DNA from: Phoronis australis
Taxonomy: Eukaryota > Animalia > Phoronida
Direction of reading: 5' to 3'
Assembly: GCA_002633005.1 (NCBI GenBank)
Contig: NMRA01000244.1
Span: forward strand, 162,926 to 226,925
DNA: 64,000 bases
Shown: piece after piece, positions 1 through 12,351 of the stretch
How positions within the stretch are numbered: the first letter of the stretch is position 1
Layout of the letters: every line of letters starts with the position of its first letter
The notes under the pieces: generated by a model
What the model was told of the DNA's origin: nothing
What the model saw: the letters and a program-made list of their open reading frames with translations, nothing else
Database searches by the model: none
Translations under genes and position numbers: made by a program

Positions 1-1408
1 ACACAACAAATGACTGCCTGGAAACAGTTACTAAGCAGTACGAGGCATGACCAGCTAAACAAACACATAAATTTATGGATTTCTCAAAATTAATCGCAAC
101 AACCGTGCGATCGCATCGGAGCTATCTCTATCAAAGGTGTCAATAGCCTGATAATAAATCACAAATGTTATGCAGGAGACGACACTTCTACGCAGTCAGC
201 GTGCACATGCTTTCCTGGCGACTCATTCATGCAAAGGGGTACTTGCAACGAAGCAATGAGGAATGAACAAGAGACCGACCGAGGAGTGGTATTACATACA
301 GCTAATTAGGTGGAAAGAACATTTTGAACGCCATTTTAGGCTTTCGAAAGGATAGTACCCGCAGCTGATTCACACTATGTCTTTAAATGTATATTGAGCG
401 ATGTTTAAGTAGCATGACTATTACCTCTGGACATGCCATTTCACACAAGGGCAACTCTTCCGTAAAATTACAGTGTGGTGTAAATAGAGGTCAGAGGTAC
501 TACAGTTATTTTTGGATTAATAACCCGCTTCAGTCTTATTTCACTTTACTATAAAATTGTCCAGTATAACTTTAAAATAAAACAATAGCATATAACTCTC
601 GCCATAGGCCTACGTCAAAACTTTGATGTCAATTTGAACATTAATCGACAATCGTTGCTAAGCGATTTTGGTGAGCAAAAAAGTATTTGTTGGGTCGGAA
701 AATTCGCCTGCATCGAAACACGAGGCCCACTCTGTCAAGCAATGAGAAAGTAGAATAGCTGAAAATGTTTTTTATTTCTCTGGTGACTCACGAACTAACT
801 GTGGAATTACAAGAGCACTCAACAAAGTCAACAAAACGAGGTTTAGCATCCTTTTAAAGAAACAAACGTGTATGGCAGACTGTACCGTCATACTTTAGAT
901 GGGGGCTCAAGGATTGGTCCGTCTCTTGATCACCACCATTGCTTAGTGGAAGTCTTCCATCATTTTCAGTCATTGTATCACCAGAAATATCACAACACGT
1001 GCATGCAGTTTTAGTACAGTTATGCATATAAACAACATCATTTCCATGATGCGGACAAAGCGAAAAATACGTGATACATATGTGAGAATGGTTATCTTAC
1101 GATGAAGAACATAAAACTACTGAATGCCGTGTTGTTCTTTTGAGAATGTGTGATTAGCATTAGATTCACCAGAAATATCCAACATGGCCGCATATGTCGA
1201 CATTTCCATTGCTGCCTCGGGAAGTCGTTTTCGTAACTGGTATTTGGAGCTCTTTTGAGTGCTTGACAACAATTGTTCTTATAACACCCGGTCTGTTTTA
1301 TAAGTACGCGTGTCTTCGACTTGTCCTGACTTAAATGTTCAAAAACACCAGTCAAAGTTTCCTGGCAGGTCTATCGAGGTCATTTGCCACGTAAAGCCTG
1401 ACTACACC

Positions 1409-2971
1409 CACAGGCGTTCTCAGCTTCTGTTCGTCCCCAATACACTATATACAATACTATAAGGTATGACACTCCCGACCTGAAATTCCACGGGTGCTTC
1501 ACTCCAGCCGTTCATATCAAACAAACTTGTTACATTTACAGAAAACAAGGTTTCAACAAACCATTAGCAACTGTTCTTTCTTCCAATACCATGTCATTGA
1601 AATGTAGTGTACGAACCACAGTGTGGTGTACGTACCCCCATGTGAATAAATACCATGGAACAAAAATATTACACGGTAAGTAAGCATCACTTGTCACAGA
1701 CAGCTTCCTCAATTAAAAATGCTAGGTTAAAAGGGTGTTAATTACAAATACAATTGTTTTGAGTCAAATATTAGCATTTGTGTAGTGTACGTACCCCCAT
1801 ATTTTAACATGTGTCTGTTTTCAAAGAATGACAGACAGATATTATGCACATGACTGCATGCTGTACTTTTTATTTGTTCTATTTGAATATTGGTAAATGA
1901 ACTAACTCTCAGTAGATTTTAATTATTTTTATAAACCTGAAAAGTCACTGAAATGTAGTGTACGTACAACTGCATAGTGTACGCACCTTCAACCTCTGTG
2001 CTATAAAGTATTGCCCACCAGAATTTTTACTCTGCGCGTGCAAGCGCAGAGTACTATTGTTCCTGGGTTTTTTTCATTTTCATTCTTCTTATTCTTATTC
2101 TTCTTCCGACCAACTTTTTACATACTGCTGTTCTCATGAACAATACTGATATTTCCAAAATGAATACAGTCTGACAAAAAAACAATGGACATTATCAACT
2201 TTGTGGAGAATAAAATGCCACACAGGACTTGGCTAGTAGTGAAAATCCTAGAAGACACGTCTTGTGACAACTGATGTTGCAGAGGCAGGTTCTCTATCTC
2301 CCAAGACAACTTTAACTTGCAAGAAACCAACAAGTAGAGGCATCACAAAATTCGAGACCATTCCATACATTTGTAAATTTGACGTTGATTGACTGTGCGT
2401 AGTGTACGTACCTCCCAACCAGTACCATTTTTTACTGTTTACAAGTTGAACACTGGGCCTAGCATTGCTTTAACTATTTTAACCAACTGGTGAATTTATT
2501 GAAAACTAGGCAATTAGCACCAATAAAGTTTTTGAAAAAAGTAGTTACTTGTCATTTTCTTTTTGTAAGAATCATATTGCTCATTATACTGTTTTAAGAT
2601 AAGCAATGTAATGATCATCTAGAACAACTTGATCAGCACGGTAATAACTTTTCTTACTTTAGTATGTGATGCATCTTCAATTTGATCGAGAACTTATTAA
2701 ATTAACAGTTAGCTTATGAATTTCTGCATGATAGAAGTGGGCTGTGATCACATACAGATGTGATGCATTAGGCCATGAAATTTTATTCGGTGGTTCTTGT
2801 GCAAAAATATTTTAGATTACAAACTTGGAATGATGGTACTTTGTAATAACCCAGATTTTACAGTTATATGACAACCTTCCTTTTTCACCAAAAGTGGTCA
2901 CCGAATATGGGACTTGTTTGGGATTTGCCCGATAGTGTATTGGGGACGATCAGAGCCTGAGGACGCCTGTG
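1409..2971. mobile_element. Non-autonomous DNA transposon, P-superfamily-like
   Basis: 40-bp TIRs CACAGGCGT...CCCCAATACACTAT (36/40 identical) at 1409-1448 and 2932-2971; perfect 8-bp TSD ACTACACC. Confidence 0.85.
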
Positions 2972-4345
2972 ACTACACCGATACGACTTTGTAATCGACT
3001 ACCGCATACGACTAATCCGAGCGTTCGTGTAGAGAGGGCTAAGCATGTAAAGCCCGCACACATATCGTTGGCCAATTACGACAAAAGTCTGAGTTATATA
3101 CTGTGATAATAACCTTATCATGGCAGTAATAAATAATTATTACATTAATAAGTCAGCCGATCAGAAGCCATATATAACGATAGAAATATTTATAACAGTA
3201 ATACACCTGTAAATACTTATGTTCGAAGTATGTCCCGAAAATAATAGGTGCGTCGCAAGCTCCGTTTCCAGAGAGCGGGAATTGAACCTGCCGTGGTCGT
3301 GGAAGCGTTGAAAATTTTGACCGATAACACGAGAGACGGAGAGGAAAGTGGCAAGAATATGCTCGGCGAGAGATAAGAGGGGAAGGGCCATTTGGAAGGG
3401 ATGAGGTGACAGGACGCGAGTTCGTTACTGCCAATTTGGAGGAAAACGAAGCGGAGGGAAATGGAGGAGACGCGGGGGAGGAGATTGTAAATGGATCGGG
3501 GTCGGTGGCACCCGAGAGACCCAAGAAGTGGGTCTGGACAAGACGGGGATCGAAACCGAGGTTAAATAGGTCAAACGTTGCTAAAGCGAAGTACTGATGG
3601 CAGGAAATATAACATTACTGAGAACAAAGGGGACCTATGACATGTGACAATCAACAGCCTATGGGAGCCAGCAGCTGACCAAACTCGTGGCACATGACAC
3701 AAACGAACAAATAGTGAGGCTGGAAATGGAATGTCCTAGTGCCTCGTGTGCAGAAGGACCGCATGCGAATTTACACAAAGGATTAATGGACCAGTCCGAA
3801 AGATGGGGGTACAAGTGGGACGAGTCCATATTCTCACATTTTTTATTTAACGAGTGAAATATCATTTATTACTTGATAAATAGGGTCGTCCTGGATTACA
3901 CACACACTCGAACCCCGCTGTATTTACCCACAATGCCGTAAACATCCGTCAGACACATTTGCTGCCATTGGAGTTTTACATGTTATTTCTGTTTTTGTCT
4001 GATTCTTTACAAGTTTTCCTCGGTTGCATCACTCTATTCGTCCCTTCAGTGCCAATATTAAGTATTACTGCTGTGCTGTGGGCTGCAACTCCGACGTGAG
4101 AAAGTTTGATAAACTAGACAAATACTCGTGGATGCCTTTCCGACATCAACGAGATATGCGAAAATGCGCCTGATTTATGAAACAAGGTTACGCACTTTCT
4201 TATCTCTGGGACAAAGGAAAGTTGCATGGCCGTATAATCCGGGACGGCCCTATTAGCCAATGAAAGTCACCGATTTTGATATGAGGCAATTATTCAAACT
4301 ATGTTTAACATCTTTCTCTCCATAAACTGTGAACAACCTACTAAT

Positions 4346-4502
4346 CAGGGACGGATCCAAGATTTTGAGTTTGGGGGCAGGGCAGAGTATTAGCCAGGAT
4401 TTTGCCCGTCAGACATTCGCACCCCCGAACTGACAAATGGAATCGGGGAAAATTTTAGGGGGACCATGGCCCCCTTGCCCACCCCCCTTAAATCCGCCAC
4501 TA
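4346..4502 (+). mobile_element. MITE family B (CAGGGGCGGAT termini, 5-bp TSD)
   Basis: TIR-bounded; TSD CTAAT/CTCAT; internal match to 27785-27923. Confidence 0.7.
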
Positions 4503-4808
4503 CTCATAGTCCCATTACCATCTCTCTTGAAGATTAAAAAACGAGCATTATGCGCAAGACGCGCTATTTTCTGTCCGAGGCACATGGCAATTTAATTGCG
4601 AGTTTCAGAACCTACCATTGGCTGGTTCAAGATAATTTAATTGTCGTGATTATTTATTACTGTTATAATTATTCATTACTGTCGTAATTTTTGTGACTGT
4701 CATTATTTCTGACTTCTGCCTGGCTGATTTATTAACATGGTAAATAACTTAGATATGTTGAATGGTTAGTCGACCCAGCGTTGTCAGAGTGGCACTTTTC
4801 GACCTATC

Positions 4809-4996
4809 AATTGACCTACAGTGTATCGCCAAGATTTTGAGTGACGGCTTACTGACAAATCAGAACGCATCATTCTTGACACACCTTCGTTTCCAAGCCG
4901 CCATTTTACCAGACAAACAACACTTTGCGGGGTAAAACTTATTGTTTTTTTGTCGGTCGACTTTTGGCAAGGGGCAGAACTTGCGATAGGTCAATT
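4809..4996 (-). mobile_element. MITE family A (AATTGACCTATCGC TIR), copy 1
   Basis: Reverse-complement match to 7189-7367; TIRs at both ends. Confidence 0.8.
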
Positions 4997-5783
4997 AATT
5001 GACTGCGCGGTCTAGCAACCAAAATTTGGGAAGTAAACTAATTTTTGTACAGTCTCTTGTGCACGGTATTAGTACGATAACACACGTAAGTGTTGGCTTA
5101 CGTAGTAAATGTCTCGAGATCGCTTTCTGCAGTTGTAAGTCAGCAACTCTTCAATGAGTGAAAACAATTTTAAGTTATCAACTGCGACCTCTGACGGACG
5201 AAGGTACGCAGGAGAAAGCTGATTGATGAATCTGTCGGCATGTGTAATTAAACCGGAAAAATGGAAGAAACACCCAGCCGAGTAAATTTACAATTAATCA
5301 GCAAAGAATATCCGACCAGCCAGCCGATGGAAATATCAACCGTATAATCAGTGATGGTGAGTACATGCAAACAATGCTTCTCATGCTCTACAGTTCTCAT
5401 CCGCCTTCTGTCTACGTCTGCTAATGTTCTTAAACTCTCACTATTAGAACAGTTGCAATAATTCTTAAAAACTGCATGTATCAATCTCAAAGAATCAGAA
5501 ACGAAACAACGTGCAAGACATCACATTACGTATTCAATCAAATCTACTCATTCTGTCGCGTTTGAACACATTAAACACTCTGAGGCAAATGATACAAGAT
5601 ATAAAAAACATGCTGTATAAGAAACTTCTACAATTTGTCTCACGAGAAGACTTCAACGAGATGTATAATACTTCTGAACGACTTAATATTCCACGTAACG
5701 ACACATATAGCATTGGCCGACTTCACGTGTTGTTAGTACCGGCAAAGGAGACGGACATAGTGCTCTGCTGTCCATGTACTCAC

Positions 5784-5839
5784 CCATAGTTTGGTGGCTC
5801 CCGCTCCACAGGCTATAAACACTGAAGTGGATTAAAAAT
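5784..5839 (-). CDS. CACNA2D3: alpha2delta exon 28 (FLIHFSVYSLWSGSHQTM), just before the alpha2/delta junction
   Basis: AG/GTGAGT boundaries, phase 2-1, 56 nt. Confidence 0.9.
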
Positions 5840-5967
5840 CTGAAAGTACACATACACGTCTGAATAACAAGTTAAGAAGCACTACAATTATTATCAGCAA
5901 TAAGTGTTCTGTCTTGTATTAATATTTATTTATTATGAAATGTGGAATAATTATTTATTGTACTTAC

Positions 5968-6020
5968 AGCGCTAGTTCCTGGACTCCCCAGAGGAGGGCC
6001 TTCATGAAGCTGGTGATGGG
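5968..6020 (-). CDS. CACNA2D3: alpha2delta exon 27 (PITSFMKALLWGVQELA)
   Basis: AG/GTAAGT boundaries, phase 0-2, 53 nt, hydrophobic helix as in the family. Confidence 0.92.
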
Positions 6021-6582
6021 CTGAAGTGAGGAGCACGGAGATTAATACAACGAAATGAAATACGAACCAACTACACCTAAAATAGTCCTGAGTTTTCTAA
6101 AAACACTAGTCGCATAGAACTGTTAATGCTGAATAGGTGGAGAATAGTTTATCATTTTTCTTTAGATTTGTAAGCTTTTGCATGTAGATGTTCCATTTTG
6201 GTTTGCAATTTTATAGGCCTGCGATGAGGTATTGTTTGACTGGTGAGCTGTAATTGGGTGATCCTTGAGACTGCGGCATTATGACTCATCCAACCACAAG
6301 TCCTGCACAAAACCGCCGGCTATTCAATTCTCAGCGCAAAAACAGGATCGTCTGAGGTCTGGAAATATTAAATCAAATACCATTTCTTCGCAGGACTACT
6401 TTTGTAGAGTACTGCAAAATTTGTAATGGTTTAATGCTGTTTTGTGTGTTTACAGTTATGAGGTTAGCTTCAATACGACTTTTTTCTAAAATGCAAAATG
6501 CTGAGATCTGAATCACAAAATCTGGAAATTCGCTGGTTCTCTGTGGATTATATATAGTTTAATTAGAAGTTGAGCTACTCAC

Positions 6583-6658
6583 ATTAAGTAAGTAGGTGGC
6601 AGCACTTGTGGCAGTATCCACAAACTGACAGACAGCCTGGAAATCGAACAGTTGCACA
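6583..6658 (-). CDS. CACNA2D3: alpha2delta exon 26 (VQLFDFQAVCQFVDTATSAATYLLN)
   Basis: DxQAxC motif, phase 2-0, 76 nt. Confidence 0.94.
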
Positions 6659-7188
6659 CTGAAACAAGCAATAACGGCGAGTTATAATTCACAAATCTCG
6701 TGAAACCGGTTACACTTTTAAGTGAGCTACAATATACACCAAACAACCACACCATCTTCACTGACACCAGCGCGACCTTGACCTATGTCTTCATCTTTTG
6801 GCTATGACTTAAGCATTCAGTAAAAAAATAACTTTCGATTGAAACACAGTGCAATTATAAAACCGATCTTTCAAAACTCGTTAGGCACTCAAATGAGATA
6901 TGATTCGTGAATTTGGAAAGAAAATGCTGCTTCTGAAAAAATGCAGGCTCAAAGAGTGGGCTTGTTATGGCGATTCATTACATACGCTGCGCATGCGCTC
7001 ATTACTAAGGAAGTGTCATTTCTTTACATGCTCATAGACAACTTCTTGCCTGAGAAAAGAACAAGTTGTCACCAGTTGAATAGCAGTAACGTGTTCGTTT
7101 CTTGAGCCCAGGTTTATAGCAGTGTTTACTTCCATAGAACAATTACTGTCTTAACACAACAGGTATGAAATAGGCTGGCATACCAGAC

Positions 7189-7367
7189 AATTAACCTATC
7201 GCAAGCTCGGCCCCCTTGCGTAAAGTCGACAAACAAACAATAAGTTTTACCCGGCAACGTGTTGCTAATCGGGTAAAATGGCGCCTTGGAAACGAAGGTG
7301 TGTCAAGAATGATGCGCTCTGGCTGGTCAGTTAAGCCGTCACTCAAAGTCTTGGCGATAGGTCAATT
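7189..7367 (+). mobile_element. MITE family A, copy 2
   Basis: AATTAACCTATCGCAAG...CTTGGCGATAGGTCAATT termini; shared core GGAAACGAAGGTGTGTCAAGAATG. Confidence 0.8.
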
Positions 7368-7453
7368 CATAGCCGCCATAGCAACTGGATTCTACCCTCA
7401 AAAGACTTGTGGATGATGTAAATCGACATGATATTTGTTGACATGGGACAACC

Positions 7454-8883
7454 CATAGACATCACATAGACCGGGCGCGCTTCTTAGATACATGCAGCTC
7501 GCGTTGTCAATACGACGCCATATTGGAAAGTGTTACACAGGACAAAAATGGCGGTAAACACGCCATCAGTCATAAAATCGGCGGGCTCGCAGTGCTATGC
7601 TTGCAGCCAAAGAGTTAAGTTTTTTGGTCCTGCCTTTGAGTCATGGGTTTTTTGGTTCGGCCATGGAGTCTAGAGGTGCTGCCGCTAGGTTTTTATGTTC
7701 TCCCACTATAGTTTAAGTGGAGCGATTTTGCGTCGGTTCCACATCAGTCTTGTTGATTGAGACCATATAAGATCAATTAAAAGATAATTATTGACCAGCA
7801 TATGCTGTTATCCAATGATGATGCTGTTTGTTAATAGTACTAAGTAAATATTTGGTATCAATGCCAATCATATGTATTTTTGCTTGTTCTGAAAAATAAC
7901 ATCGGCCCGAACCTAGCCAGCCAGCTAGCTATATGAAGACAGTCGTCAAAATACAGCTAGGTACCACTCTGTATATAATGTTTGAACATAAATCAATGAC
8001 ATTTCTGAATTCCCATCAAATACTGGTCATGATTAAAGTTATTGAATCACCAAAATCGCCCAACTATACAATCGAAGGAGCTCCCTATTTGGCGAAGTGG
8101 GCAAAATGTCCGCCTCAGAGAAACAACAAGTACGAGAAAACGAGACAAAGGTCCACTAAAAAAGACGCAAATTCGAGCCCCCCCATTTTCAAGGCTGGGT
8201 GCGCGCATGCAACCGCTGTACGTCTGGTAAAGTCACGGAACGGGGAACGCCCTAATGAACTTTGAAAACCTGTCATTTATCTATATGACTCCAATGAGGT
8301 CATTTTTCACAGTAGTTCACATAAAATTTAGTCCCTCCCCCATTAAATGTGACCTGGGTCGTATTTTAATTTTACGTAGTTACCCGGGGTCATTTTCAAT
8401 ACTGAAAACTAAGTCTTATTGGGGCACAACAAAAATAGTCCCAAGTGAGCAGCACGTCTCCTGGATATAAGGTATTTGCATCGAGCGACACGAATTAAAC
8501 GATAAATTTGCGCGATCTTACTGGTTTCTCTTGAAAAAACGTAAGAAATAAAACGCTCACAGTGGATAACAAGCGTGCAGCCGCTTAGACAATTCAAGAA
8601 TCTGCCACTGGTTGCGGTCATCTATTAGTTTGATATTTTCCCTATTGACTGATTGACACTTAAAAAAACGCATGAATGTGCGACATCACATGTTTTGTGA
8701 TGTTTCTGGAAAAAATCACACACTTCGGCCTCTTTATTTGTTAGATATCGCGCTTTGAAAAGAGAAATTTACCCCGTTTGTTTACACGGCAATTAGCCTT
8801 GTCACGTGACTAGTAACATTCTCCAATATGGCGTCAAGTTGTCAGCTGCAGTTGCACGTGCGCCCGGTATTAAGATGTCTATG
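7454..8883. mobile_element. Non-autonomous DNA transposon, P-superfamily-like, with nested MITE fragments
   Basis: Imperfect long TIRs CATAGACATC...CCGGGCGC...GACGCCATATTGGA; 8-bp TSD GGACAACC/GGACAACT. Confidence 0.8.
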
Positions 8884-9259
8884 GGACAACTTTTTGTACA
8901 ACTACCTCCGGGATTAGGAAGGAAATCGTTTTTATGATGGTATAGAGAGGTACGAGGAATATTATATGTGATACAGTAAATGAGTTTATAATGGCTACAC
9001 TTGATTTACATTGCAGGGTCAACCGCCAGAGACATTTGATTGGTTACTGATGACGACTTCCGGCATAACATTCAAGCAGATGTCTCAGTCAGTTCACTTG
9101 ATGGAACCAACATAGTTAATCGAGTGCAGTCAAATATGCGTCCTTCGAGGTGAGTAAGATACAAAAGAAACCAACCAACCAAACACTGAAAAACAAAAAG
9201 CTTTAACAAGTACTTTTAAAACGAACACCTAACAACTTGGAAATGACGTTTATGCTCAC

Positions 9260-9393
9260 CTCTTAAAAACTTTCTTTTCAATAAGGTCAGTCATGACGTA
9301 GCCGTCGACTTCTCCAAAGAACTTGCCAACTTGCTGAAAATCTTCCGCCACCACAACGTAACCATTATTATCGAGGAGATAACAGTCAACTTT
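9260..9393 (-). CDS. CACNA2D3: alpha2delta exon 25 (KVDCYLLDNNGYVVVAEDFQQVGKFFGEVDGYVMTDLIEKKVFK)
   Basis: CYLxDNNG and GxFFGE hallmarks, phase 0-2, 134 nt. Confidence 0.97.
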
Positions 9394-9598
9394 CTAGAAA
9401 GAGCGAAGAATGTAGCCGTATGACGTGTAGCCCTCATGAAACGGGTGCGGGAGGGGAAAGAATTACTTTTCTGCGGTGTGCACCACGGGCATGTTAGCGT
9501 CAACTTACGTTCCGTTTTTGTGCAAACAGAAAAACAGCTTGAATTGAAGGCAAACAGTATGCTAAAGTTTACTGTTGAAATTTTTGTGTTGTACTCAC

Positions 9599-9795
9599 CT
9601 CTGAGAAGCAAGTGAAGGCGCACTTGTTGTCCGGTTCCATAGAACAGTCCGAGGACGTGTTCATCATAGTCTGTAGAACGTGCGTATACTTGAGCTGAAG
9701 CCCCACAGCACCCGCCATCCCTGTCTTTTTGTTGGTCGTGAAAAATACACCAGAAGATCCAGTGATAACGGCACTGTTTTCATCACCTTGGTTAC
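9599..9795 (-). CDS. CACNA2D3: alpha2delta exon 24 (NQGDENSAVITGSSGVFF...AVGLQLKY...CSMEPDNKCAFTCFSE)
   Basis: AVGxQ motif and cysteine cluster, phase 1-0, 197 nt. Confidence 0.93.
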
Positions 9796-10163
9796 CTGCA
9801 ATGACGGATAGAATTTGTCTAAGCTTTGCGTTAGGTCTGTCGTGATCATGTCATTTTGATAAAATTCAGCAAAAAGCACGACACATTAATAGCAAAAGAA
9901 CAATATCAATAACATAATCAAGTTTTATTTAATATAGAGGTCATTCCGTTTTCGTTTTAGGCAACAATAGAATTATTTCATAAAAATGATAAAATACCTC
10001 CTTTTGATAGTCCCTCGTATACAAGTAGAACACTGTAAAAAGAATTCCTAAAAGCGTTTTGGACAATGGTGTTTATCAAACATATTATCTGAAAGTTTCA
10101 TTTGGTCAGCCATTTTGGAGATATGATCTTCCAAATTTAGCCACATTTGGACATTTTTTAAGA

Positions 10164-10237
10164 CACATTTACAGCACAGTTGCAATTTCACATTTACAGC
10201 ACAGTTGCAATTTCACATTTACAGCACAGTTGCAATT
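10164..10237 (+). repeat. 25-bp tandem repeat x3 (CACATTTACAGCACAGTTGCAATTT)
   Basis: Direct inspection. Confidence 0.9.
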
Positions 10238-10307
10238 GCACACCTGCAGGTCAGGACTCCTATATGAAAAAAAAAAGAATTTCGGGAGAACTCAAATGTG
10301 CACAAAC

Positions 10308-10411
10308 CTATACCAATGGGAACGGAGAATGTAAACTTGTCTTTGCCTGCGTCCGCAGCCCGTTTGTAGTAGGACTCTTCAATGGTATTGGGAGCCGACT
10401 CAATGAACAGG
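10308..10411 (-). CDS. CACNA2D3: alpha2delta exon 23 (LFIESAPNTIEESYYKRAADAGKDKFTFSVPIGI)
   Basis: YKRA...FxFSVP motif, phase 2-1; an alternative in-frame donor would end the exon at 10314. Confidence 0.88.
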
Positions 10412-10848
10412 CTGCAAACACAAAAGAGGGTGTAGTTAGTTCTTGAGCGTAAACAAATGTCGAAGCTGGATTGACATGATAAACTGTGTTACTGCCATGT
10501 CACTGTGCCTTCATACGGCACTCGAAGGCTTTGATGCACCCAATGCATGTATGCATGTTATTTTTCCAGTGGATCCGTTTGTATCGATCCTTTTACGCCA
10601 TAAGGCTCCTGGTCAGTTAAATTCCACATTAAAAAAGACTGTTCGAATCTGTCCACGAGTCTCCCGAGATATTCGCTGTAGGCCTACTTTCAAACAATAC
10701 AACAAACTTCTGTAAAAACAAAACAATGCAAATGCAGCCATGCTTTTTAGAAACGCCGCCACCAAAGTATGGCATACACAAGACAATAACGTCGAACTTT
10801 TCTTTTCTGGAGTTGAAGTTTACAGTATGTGAGACGATTGGACATTAC

Positions 10849-10926
10849 CTTTCGTATGATTGGCCATTTAATTCCCCACGTGACAAGCCACTTCTGGAAC
10901 CGTACCACACTTGTTCAACTTGAGGC
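10849..10926 (-). CDS. CACNA2D3: alpha2delta exon 22 (PQVEQVWYGSRSGLSRGELNGQSYE)
   Basis: GxRxGLSR motif, phase 2-2, 78 nt. Confidence 0.92.
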
Positions 10927-11412
10927 CTAGAACAAAGCAGTTTGTTTGGAGGTTACAAGAGAATGATTGAATGTTAGACGCAAGTTCACTGCTGCTGGAA
11001 GTTCAAGAAGTATTGAAACTCTTTCTCAAACTTCTCCACGTTTGAAAATACTTTGTCACTGACGTCAACAACTGAAGAGTTAAATGCACACAAAAACAAA
11101 GGGAAGCCATTATAGCGGTTACATACCTTGACGTCACGTCCGCTATGGTAAAGCTTGGTCTTATGTAATAAACATTTAGTTCTTTCGAAGACTAAAATCA
11201 CATTTAATTTCACTAAGGAATAAATTGAGACCAATTCCGTAACGCCAATGAGTCTAAAGCAGGTAGGTAGTGCAAAGCTGTAGCAACGGAAAAGTTCGTG
11301 TTATTGGAAAGTGAATTCCTGGACTAATTACTGTGCAATCCTTAAATTTGTGAGATTTTTATATTCGAACAAATTCGGTATGACCGGCGTGTACCTATTT
11401 GACAAGACTTAC

Positions 11413-11589
11413 AAAATCTGCCAATTCTTGAGGAGGACCTTCGAGACTTTAGCATCGTACAGGAAACCTCCGACCAGATCCTCTCTACAGGCTTGCCGCA
11501 AGGAGTCGTTACCATTTTTTATCTCCTGTAGGTGTTTGTCAAGAGCTGTCAGAATATCGCCCCCGTCTGAAGCCAAATTGCAATAGTTC
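11413..11589 (-). CDS. CACNA2D3: alpha2delta exon 21 (NYCNLASDGG...ACREDLVGGFLYDAKVSKVLLKNWQI)
   Basis: WxYC and CxxxLVxxxLxDA motifs, phase 2-2, 177 nt. Confidence 0.93.
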
Positions 11590-11930
11590 CTGGATGGGAA
11601 CAGTAAATAAATGTGAAAGAATCATCCAAGTTGATTTTACGTATGTTTAGCATGACTAACGACTTATGGGAAATATTTAAAGAAACCAAATTCGAGTTGT
11701 GACCATAACTTGTCATTCCAGACATGCGCATAAGGAATCGTAAAAAGGACAGTGTCACGTTAAACCAATATATCGTATTATACCGTTTTTGATACGAGTT
11801 TTTTTAAATGTTGCAAATGAAAAGATTTTTTGTGTCGCCAAACGTAATATTGTCAAAAGTAGTTCAACTGTAGAACCAAGTCGTACAAACCCAGCAATAT
11901 GAGTTACAGTTTTATGACACAAGACCTTAC

Positions 11931-12041
11931 CAGTCTGCCAGGCGCACCGTGTGGTCTAACCACTCTCGTTGATAAGACCCTAAGTCAATAGTGTTCTCGA
12001 CTTGACTTTCACCATATGTTTGCGGCAAAGCAACCCCAAGT
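11931..12041 (-). CDS. CACNA2D3: alpha2delta exon 20 (LGVALPQTYGESQVENTIDLGSYQREWLDHTVRLADW)
   Basis: LGVAL and LADW motifs, phase 2-2, 111 nt. Confidence 0.93.
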
Positions 12042-12351
12042 CTGTAAAAGGATAACATTCTAATAGATGTAGAAATGATATTTAAAGAAACTGGTACTGT
12101 GTCCGCTCCTGTGACCACAAAATTTAGAGGGATTCGTATCCCCCATCAAAAAAAACGTCGGGCACCGGCAACGACCTACAAAGTGAAGTTGTTTGTACCA
12201 CAGCTTGTAAAATTGTATTTACTATGTCGACTGGGAGCTTCTAAGCAACATAGCAATAATGTATTTATAGATTCCTGTATGGCTTAGAAGACATTTCTGC
12301 TAAAGCACATATCTGGACTCCAGTGTTTGCACCTGCAGAGTTTCCACTCAC

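Noticed and set aside
7817-7893. C/D-box snoRNA (ATGATGA...CTGA)
   Set aside because: No terminal stem, inside a transposon, and antisense to the host gene.
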